Made by a program: the position numbers and the translations under genes | Shown: positions 57,613-64,000 of the stretch, in pieces | Position numbering within the stretch: the stretch's first letter is position 1 | Layout: the number at the start of each line of letters is the position of its first letter | The notes under the pieces: generated by a model | Told to the model about the DNA's origin: nothing | What the model saw: the letters and a program-made list of their open reading frames with translations, nothing else | The model's database searches: none | Assembly: GCA_046290225.1 (NCBI GenBank) | Contig: JBKAGE010000036.1 | Location: forward strand, 352,001 to 416,000 | DNA: 64,000 nt | Source of the DNA: Bradymonadia bacterium | GTDB lineage: Bacteria > Myxococcota_A > Bradymonadia > UBA7976 > UBA1532 | Direction: 5' to 3'

Positions 57613-58830
57613 GTGCCACACGAGCAAGCACAACCCAGCAGCGCCTGGTCCACAGCGATGCAGGTCGTGAAGGCCCCCATCGCGGTCTTCACCCGGCAAG
57701 GTGGCCAGAGAGAGATGGCCAGTGGAGCATTTGCGGCGAGCCTCGAGAGCTTGAAGAGCCTGCATCAGCTCAACATCTCTCCCCCCCAGCCCGGCGCATC
57801 GATTCAATGTACCTACCAGGGCCGGGATCTGAGCCTCCATGGTCAGACGCACCAGGTCGTCGTCGAGATCGAGCCACCTCGCATCGATGCCTTTGTCGAC
57901 GAGATCAGCGCAGCCCTGCAAGAGGGTCTTCAGGCCCTGGAGAGCGCTCTGGCCGAGGCCGTACACGACTCCAACGGGTGCCTCTTACAGACCGGGACCG
58001 ACATCGAGGCCATCCTCAGGGTGGCCAGCGGTCATGCTGAGCAGGTGGAGCGGTTCCGTTCGCTTCAGCGCGACAGGGGATCGGACGTCACCGACGAGCT
58101 CTGCGCCAATATGCGAGAGAGCTTGTCCAACCTGCACAGTCTGGCCACCCAGCAGGCAGACACCGCCCAGGAATCTCTTGAGTTCACCAACAGCATCATC
58201 GGCACCAGCAGGAAGATGTCTTCGGTGAGCAGCGCCGCCCGAATCCTCGGACTCAACGCCCAGATCGAGGGGGTCCGGGCGGGCGAAGCCGGTGTGGGCT
58301 TCGTCGTCGTCGCCGAAGAGATGGGCTCCCTCGTGGATCGGCTCATGACCCTCAACGACGCCATCGCGGATCTGGGCAAGAAGATGGAATCGCATCTGCC
58401 TGAGATCTCTTCAGCGGCCCACGAGCTGGTGCAGACCTCCAACGAACGGATCGGCGCCCTCGATCAGAGCATACGTGAGTTCGCCGAGCGCACCCAGTCC
58501 TCGACGCATCGCGCCGAGACGTTGTTGTCGGCCGCACAGGACGGCGCCCTTGAGATCAACGACCGCATCAACAATGTGCTCATCAACCTGCAGTTCCAGG
58601 ATCGACTCGTACAGCGTCTCGCCAGCATTATGGAGGCCACTCAGGCGCTGGCCTCGAGCCCTGCGAGAGCGCTGAACGAGATCCAGGACGGCGGCCTCGA
58701 CGTCGGCCGCTTCGCCGCGCGGTTGCGACAGATTCACGCCAACGACTGTGTCCCTACTTTCTCCACCGTCTGCAACAGCGCCAGCCCCTCGCAAGACGAG
58801 GCCGAGACTGGCGAAGTCGAGTTTTTCTGA
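57613..58830 (+). CDS. Soluble methyl-accepting chemotaxis-like protein
   Basis: ILGLNAQIEGVRAGEAGVGFVVVAEEM hairpin tip, no TM helix, LQFQDRLVQRL, C-terminal GEVEFF. Confidence 0.82.
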   Translation: MPHEQAQPSSAWSTAMQVVKAPIAVFTRQGGQREMASGAFAASLESLKSLHQLNISPPQPGASIQCTYQGRDLSLHGQTHQVVVEIEPPRIDAFVDEISAALQEGLQALESALAEAVHDSNGCLLQTGTDIEAILRVASGHAEQVERFRSLQRDRGSDVTDELCANMRESLSNLHSLATQQADTAQESLEFTNSIIGTSRKMSSVSSAARILGLNAQIEGVRAGEAGVGFVVVAEEMGSLVDRLMTLNDAIADLGKKMESHLPEISSAAHELVQTSNERIGALDQSIREFAERTQSSTHRAETLLSAAQDGALEINDRINNVLINLQFQDRLVQRLASIMEATQALASSPARALNEIQDGGLDVGRFAARLRQIHANDCVPTFSTVCNSASPSQDEAETGEVEFF

Positions 58831-58833
58831 GCC

Positions 58834-59202
58834 ATGATGACCCGAATTCTCACCGTAGACGACTCCCCTACGATCCGGCAGCAGCTGCGGATCTTTCTCG
58901 AAACCCAGGGCTTCTCCGTGGCTGAAGCCGAGAGCGGTGAAGCGGGGCTCTCCGCAGCGAGATCGGGTCGGTTTGACTTGATCATCGCCGACGTCAACAT
59001 GCCGGGGATCAATGGCCTAGAGATGGTGACCGAGCTGAGGCAGATCATGGGGTACGACAAGACCCCCATCTTCATGCTCACCACCCAGGCACACAGAGAG
59101 ATGAAAGCACAGGGGCGCAAGGCAGGGGCCACGGCGTGGATCGTCAAACCCTTCAAACCCAAAGTGCTGCTCGCAGGGATTCAAAAAGCGCTCGGGCGAT
59201 GA
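58834..59202 (+). CDS. cheY: CheY-like single-domain response regulator
   Basis: ILTVDDSPTIR, ADVNMP, MLTT, GATAWIVKPF. Confidence 0.92.
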   Translation: MMTRILTVDDSPTIRQQLRIFLETQGFSVAEAESGEAGLSAARSGRFDLIIADVNMPGINGLEMVTELRQIMGYDKTPIFMLTTQAHREMKAQGRKAGATAWIVKPFKPKVLLAGIQKALGR

Positions 59203-59214
59203 AGGGGGGCTCTC

Positions 59215-62013
59215 ATGGCACAGGCATCTGCGCTCGATGCGCTTCCTGCAATGACGCTGGAGCTGCTCGGGCAACAACCATTCGCAGTGGCGCTGGTCGA
59301 TCCCGACTCTCTCGCCATCGTCTATTGCAATCCGCTCTTCTACGCATGGAGTGAAGGATCAGAGGCCGAGCCTCCTGCCTCTCTCAGGGCAGCGCTGCCC
59401 ACCCTCGATCCCGACAAGCTCGCCAAACGCATGGGCCGTCGGGGTGCATTCAAGCACGCCGACACCGCCCGCATCGAGAACGAGGCTCGTCGATTTCCGG
59501 TGGAGTACACCTTCGCCTGGTTCGAGTACGGCGATCAGAAGTGGCTCAACGTCACCGGCCACGATCGTAGCCCGGTACACGCCAAGGAGCTGATGCTCCA
59601 GTCGTACAGCACCATCATTGAGAAGCACACCCGCACCGTGGAGCGCCAGAAACGCGCCCTCGCCGAGCTGCTCGACAACATGCGACAGGGCATCTTCACC
59701 GTTGATGATGCATGGTGGATTCAGGGACCAGTCTCCCGATACAGCGACGCCCTCTTCGGGACGACGCTCGAGGGCAAGAACCTCTGGGAGACCTTGCTCA
59801 AGGACATCGATCCCAACTCGGACCTCAGCGCCACCATCGATACGGTGATGACTGTGGCCATCGGGGAAGACGAGCTGCAGTGGATGCTGGTGAGTGAAGA
59901 GCTCCCGACACACATCATGTGGCGTGATCCTGATGGAGATCTCCGGAAGCTCAAGGTGGCCTGGTGCCCCATCTGGGACGAAGAGGGGTTGCTTAAGCGC
60001 ATCATGCTGGTGGTGGAAGACGTCACCGAGGTGGAGCGCCTGGAGGCGACGCTCAAAGCCGAGCGTGAAGCCCAGGATCGACGGTTGGAGCTGCTGCAGG
60101 AGCTGGCTGATCTCGATCGCTCCATGCTCGAAGGTTTCTTCCCTGCGGCGGCAGAGGCCCTCAAGCGGGGGCGCCAGGCCATCGAGGCACACTGGCCTCC
60201 GACGGCGGAGACCATCAACCGGCTCTTTCGCGAGCTGCACACGCTCAAGGGCAATGCCAAGGCGTTGCAACTCTCGGCCATCGCCACAGCAGCCCACGAG
60301 GCTGAAGGCATCGCGGCCCGCGTCAGAGACGGCGAGACCCATCGAGATCTGCTGGATAAGTTGCGGGAGGGCATGCAAGGGCTCGAACGCACCATCGGCG
60401 AATACAACGCCCTCGCGCTGCGCGTCTTCGGGATCCACGATGCCTTCCAGGAGACCCTCGCAGACGAGATCCATGTCAGGGCCATCAAGCTCTCTGCGGC
60501 GCTTCAACGGCGCAACGACTCAGAAGCCCTCGGTCTCGCCACGAGCCTGCAGGAGATGCTCCGCGGCATGGGAGAATCGGAGACCGCCCGCGAGCACCTG
60601 GGCGCTGTCGTGGATCAACTCCGAGAAGAGATCCCCAAGCCCGCTCGCCTGACGCTCTGCGCTCGGAGCGCCTTGCACCACGTGATGCGCTTCTCGCTCA
60701 AACCCCGCCATCAGCTGGTCCCTGAAGGCCGGTCGTGGAGCGGGCTGCATCGCGCACTGCTCAATTTCACCGACGCCCTCACACGAGATCCCGTGGAAGG
60801 CGCCCTGGGTGCCCACGAGCTCGGCGAGCACGCCCGCTCGCTCCAGCTGAGCCACCTGGCTCACTTGTCGACGCTCTGTGAGCAAGCCATCCGCAACGGT
60901 CAGCATGCGCTCTGGCGCGCCACCCTGTGTCGTATCTGGCGCTTCGCAGGCTGGCTCGCAGGTCTGAGAGGCTGTCAGCTCTCTCTCGAAGGGCAGACGC
61001 CTCGTCGTGCCCTGCTCGATCTCGAAATGCTCCACCCCATCGAGCAGGCGCGGTGGCTCACCCACTTCGGCCAAGCGTTGCCCGAGAGCCAGTCTCTCTC
61101 CGAGTGGCTCGCCGCGGGTGATCCGGCCACTTTCTGTGTGGGCAACGTGGAGGCGACATTGCGGGGTGAGCTCGACCCCAAGACGCTGCTTCGCGGGCTC
61201 GCCTCTGAAGCAGACACAGGCAGCGCCATCGCGCGCATCACGACACTGCTCTTGTGGGGTGAGCCCCTCGATGCCCTCGGCGAGGGCTATCTCATCAAGG
61301 CAGACGTAATCTTCCTGCTCCAACAGCTGCGACAGGCTGCTGGGCGGAGCAGCAGCCTGCCTCGGATGGTGCCGGTCATCGAACACCACCTCAAAGCCGT
61401 CGAGCGGTGCTTGCACGAGGGCGGCGATCTGCCTCGGGCAGTCATACGCTTGTTCGAGCTGCCTGCTGGTGTGTTGTCGAGGCCCTTCTCTCCGCTGGTG
61501 AGCGACACCGCCCGCACCCTGAACAAGGATGTGAGCTTCGACTTCATCGGCGCAGATGTCGCCATCCACCGCGATCGCATGGGCCCTTTGCAAGATGCCC
61601 TCGTGCATCTGCTGCGCAACGCTGTCGATCACGGCATCGAAGACTCGGAAACGCGCAAGCTGAGGGGTAAACCCAGCCAGGGCGCCATCACGCTGAAGTT
61701 CTCCCGAACGCCATCCGACCTGCACGTCGAGGTGCACGACGACGGTGGTGGTGTAGATGCAGAGCAGCTGAAGGCCCGCTCGGTGGCCCGGGGCCTGCTC
61801 AGTGCCGAAGACGCCATCTCCATCGACGAAGAGGCCCTGCTGGCCCTGGTCTTCGCTGCGGGTGTGAGCACTGCGGAGCAGGTGAGCGAGGTCTCGGGCC
61901 GGGGTGTGGGCCTCGACGTGGCGCTGTCGAACATCAAGCAGCTCGGGGGCGACATCTCGATCAAGAGCGCTCCCGGTCAGGGCACGACTTTTTCCATCAG
62001 CTTGCCTGCATGA
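59215..62013 (+). CDS. Atypical CheA-like histidine kinase (PAS-like, PAS-like, Hpt, HATPase; no CheW domain)
   Basis: LFRELHTLKGNA (Hpt), HLLRNAVDHGIE, DDGGG, STAEQVSEVSGRGVGLDV; ends at GTTFSISLPA. Confidence 0.88.
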   Translation: MAQASALDALPAMTLELLGQQPFAVALVDPDSLAIVYCNPLFYAWSEGSEAEPPASLRAALPTLDPDKLAKRMGRRGAFKHADTARIENEARRFPVEYTFAWFEYGDQKWLNVTGHDRSPVHAKELMLQSYSTIIEKHTRTVERQKRALAELLDNMRQGIFTVDDAWWIQGPVSRYSDALFGTTLEGKNLWETLLKDIDPNSDLSATIDTVMTVAIGEDELQWMLVSEELPTHIMWRDPDGDLRKLKVAWCPIWDEEGLLKRIMLVVEDVTEVERLEATLKAEREAQDRRLELLQELADLDRSMLEGFFPAAAEALKRGRQAIEAHWPPTAETINRLFRELHTLKGNAKALQLSAIATAAHEAEGIAARVRDGETHRDLLDKLREGMQGLERTIGEYNALALRVFGIHDAFQETLADEIHVRAIKLSAALQRRNDSEALGLATSLQEMLRGMGESETAREHLGAVVDQLREEIPKPARLTLCARSALHHVMRFSLKPRHQLVPEGRSWSGLHRALLNFTDALTRDPVEGALGAHELGEHARSLQLSHLAHLSTLCEQAIRNGQHALWRATLCRIWRFAGWLAGLRGCQLSLEGQTPRRALLDLEMLHPIEQARWLTHFGQALPESQSLSEWLAAGDPATFCVGNVEATLRGELDPKTLLRGLASEADTGSAIARITTLLLWGEPLDALGEGYLIKADVIFLLQQLRQAAGRSSSLPRMVPVIEHHLKAVERCLHEGGDLPRAVIRLFELPAGVLSRPFSPLVSDTARTLNKDVSFDFIGADVAIHRDRMGPLQDALVHLLRNAVDHGIEDSETRKLRGKPSQGAITLKFSRTPSDLHVEVHDDGGGVDAEQLKARSVARGLLSAEDAISIDEEALLALVFAAGVSTAEQVSEVSGRGVGLDVALSNIKQLGGDISIKSAPGQGTTFSISLPA

Positions 62014-62090
62014 TTTGCCGATGACTTCCCCAAGACCGCAACACGGCATCTCTGCTGCGGTCGCTCACCATGCCCTCGGGGGAAGCACAC

Positions 62091-62447
62091 ATGTCCCAAT
62101 CGCTCTATGAGAAGTACGGCGGCTTTGCCACCATCAGCGCCGTCGTTCACGACTTCTACGACAAGATCCTGGCCTCTGACACGCTGAAGCCCTGGTTCGA
62201 GGGTGTCGAGATGTCCCGCCTCATCGACCACCAGACCAAGTTCTTATGCTCTGTGCTCGGTGGCCCGGAGCAGTACACAGGTCGGCAACTCGCCGCAGCA
62301 CACAGACGCCTGTCCATCACCCCCGAGGCCTTCGATGAGGTGGCCGAGCTGCTTGTCGAAGCCCTTGAGGACGCTGGCGTAGAGGATGCCGACATCCAGA
62401 CCATCGCCGGCGTAGTCACCGGCGCCAAGGGTGACGTCGTCTCCTGA
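62091..62447 (+). CDS. Group I truncated haemoglobin (GlbN-like)
   Basis: SLYEKYGG, VHDFYDKIL, HQTKFL...GGPEQYTGRQLAAAH, typical 2/2 globin pattern. Confidence 0.92.
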   Translation: MSQSLYEKYGGFATISAVVHDFYDKILASDTLKPWFEGVEMSRLIDHQTKFLCSVLGGPEQYTGRQLAAAHRRLSITPEAFDEVAELLVEALEDAGVEDADIQTIAGVVTGAKGDVVS

Positions 62448-62588
62448 ACCGCAGAGATCCCCCCACCTCCTTTTTCAGCCATTTTCAAAACCCACACATC
62501 AAACCCAGCTGGCGGCAAGCCGATGAGTTGTTCATCGGGGCGAACGCATCTATTTCACTCGACGTTCTGGTTGAAATGGGAGGTCGAC

Positions 62589-64000
62589 ATGTTCTCCACC
62601 ATCAGAAGCAAACTGATGTTGATCACTGCGCTGGGCACAGTGACTGTCTTCTTGACACTCGGGCTGGGCATGTACGCCCTCCGGGACAGCATCGTCAGCG
62701 AACGATTGCTCGCCGTCGAGCAACTCATCGACGTAGGCCATGGGCTCATCGTCGACGCGCATCGCCGAGTCGAAGCGGGCGAGCTGACCCGAGAAGCGGC
62801 CATGAAGCGCGTCGAGGGCGAGCTGAAGCAAATGCGCTTTGGCGACAACGGATACTTCTTCGTCTATGGCTACGATGGCACCAACCTGATCCACGTGGCC
62901 AAGCCCCAGCTCCAAGGCAAAAACCTCTACGACTTCAAGGATCCCAGCGGAAAGCTGTTGATCCAGGCCTTGATCAAGGCGGCTCAGAGTGAATCGGGCC
63001 GAGGCACGGTGGAGTACATGTGGCCCAAGGCCAAGGGTGAAGAGCCCGTGGCCAAGGTGGGCCACGCTCGAGGCTTCGCGCCGTGGAAGCTCTTCATCGG
63101 CACTGGTGCCTACGTCGACGACATCAACAGCGTGGCGTTTGGGCAGATGGCCTTCTTTGGTGGCATCGTATTGTTGCTTTGTGGCTTTGGCTTCGTCTTC
63201 AGCTGGCGGATCGCTGGGCGGCTCAGCGATCGGCTCTGCGCCCTTCGGAGGACCATGGGCCAGCTCGCCGAAGGCTCCACGCACATCGAGCTCGACACCT
63301 CGGAGGCGGGTGAGCTGGGAGAGATGGCCCGCTCCGTAGATGTCTTCCGCCAGCATGCCGAAGCGCGGACCCGCCTTGAGGCTGAGCAGGACCGCATCAA
63401 AGCTGAGGCTGAAACCGCACGGCAGGCATCGATCCGTCAAATCGCTGATGACCTTGAGACCCGACTCGGTCAGGTGGCCTCGGAGATGAAGCACATGTCC
63501 GGGCAGCTTAACCAGCAAGTCCAGATGCTCAACGACTCTTCTCACCGCACTCATGACTTCGCTCAGACTGTGAGCAGCGCGTCGCAGATGGCCACGGACA
63601 ATGTGGAGATGGTGGCCGCCGCTACGCAAGAGCTCGACGCCTCAAGCCGGGAGATCAATGGCCAGATGGAGCGCTCGGCTCAGCTGGCCGAGCAGGCCGC
63701 CCAGAGCGCCGAAGCCGCTGGTGGACATCTGACGGCGCTCTCCGAAGCCACTCGAAGTGTCGGCGAGATCACGGATGTCATCGGGGAGGTGGCGGAGCAG
63801 ACGAACCTGCTGGCGCTCAACGCCACCATCGAGGCCGCACGGGCCGGTGACGCGGGCAAGGGTTTCGCCGTCGTCGCCGACGAGGTCAAGAGCCTCGCTG
63901 GCCAGACTCAAAGCGCGATCAACAACATCGGCTCTCAAATCTCGGCCACTCAGACCACAGCCCGACAGACCGTCTCCTCAATGGGCGAGATCTCAGGCCA
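62589..64000 (+). CDS. Methyl-accepting chemotaxis protein with sCache_2-like sensor (runs off the right edge)
   Basis: Not in the ORF track. GGAGG then ATG 62589: [26 protein letters not shown]...KDPSGK...YMWPK...[13 protein letters not shown], then [31 protein letters not shown]. Confidence 0.95.
   Translation, partial: MFSTIRSKLMLITALGTVTVFLTLGLGMYALRDSIVSERLLAVEQLIDVGHGLIVDAHRRVEAGELTREAAMKRVEGELKQMRFGDNGYFFVYGYDGTNLIHVAKPQLQGKNLYDFKDPSGKLLIQALIKAAQSESGRGTVEYMWPKAKGEEPVAKVGHARGFAPWKLFIGTGAYVDDINSVAFGQMAFFGGIVLLLCGFGFVFSWRIAGRLSDRLCALRRTMGQLAEGSTHIELDTSEAGELGEMARSVDVFRQHAEARTRLEAEQDRIKAEAETARQASIRQIADDLETRLGQVASEMKHMSGQLNQQVQMLNDSSHRTHDFAQTVSSASQMATDNVEMVAAATQELDASSREINGQMERSAQLAEQAAQSAEAAGGHLTALSEATRSVGEITDVIGEVAEQTNLLALNATIEAARAGDAGKGFAVVADEVKSLAGQTQSAINNIGSQISATQTTARQTVSSMGEISG

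Noticed and set aside
57401..57631. Small ORFs between phoB and the chemosensory operon
   Set aside because: No recognisable motif; more likely a divergent promoter region. No convincing Pho box seen.

Overview
GC-rich bacterial chromosome segment. It is probably Myxococcota or a related deltaproteobacterial lineage, inferred from a MYXO-CTERM-like sorting tail, Cys-rich lipoproteins, PEGA and AAA_35 proteins and a Ser/Thr kinase. Housekeeping genes include leuS (partial), putA, topA, map, dsbD, an acyl-CoA dehydrogenase and an RlmL-like methyltransferase. There is a complete MoxR-DUF58-VWA (Bat-like) operon, a PhoB/PhoR-like pair and many envelope proteins. At the right end is an atypical chemosensory cluster: soluble MCP, CheY, a PAS-first CheA-like kinase without a CheW domain, a truncated haemoglobin and a Cache MCP. 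The most unusual signals are four. (1) Two copies of a 330-435 bp non-coding hairpin element with (GGGCAC)n arms that co-vary within each copy; their cores are oppositely oriented and they bracket an ECF sigma/anti-sigma/large surface protein cassette. (2) A probable ATC start codon for topA. (3) A structured intergenic RNA candidate at about 22.8-23.0 kb. (4) The globin-containing chemosensory module. No rRNA, tRNA, CRISPR array or transposase was seen. All calls come from reading motifs by eye; no database searches were run.
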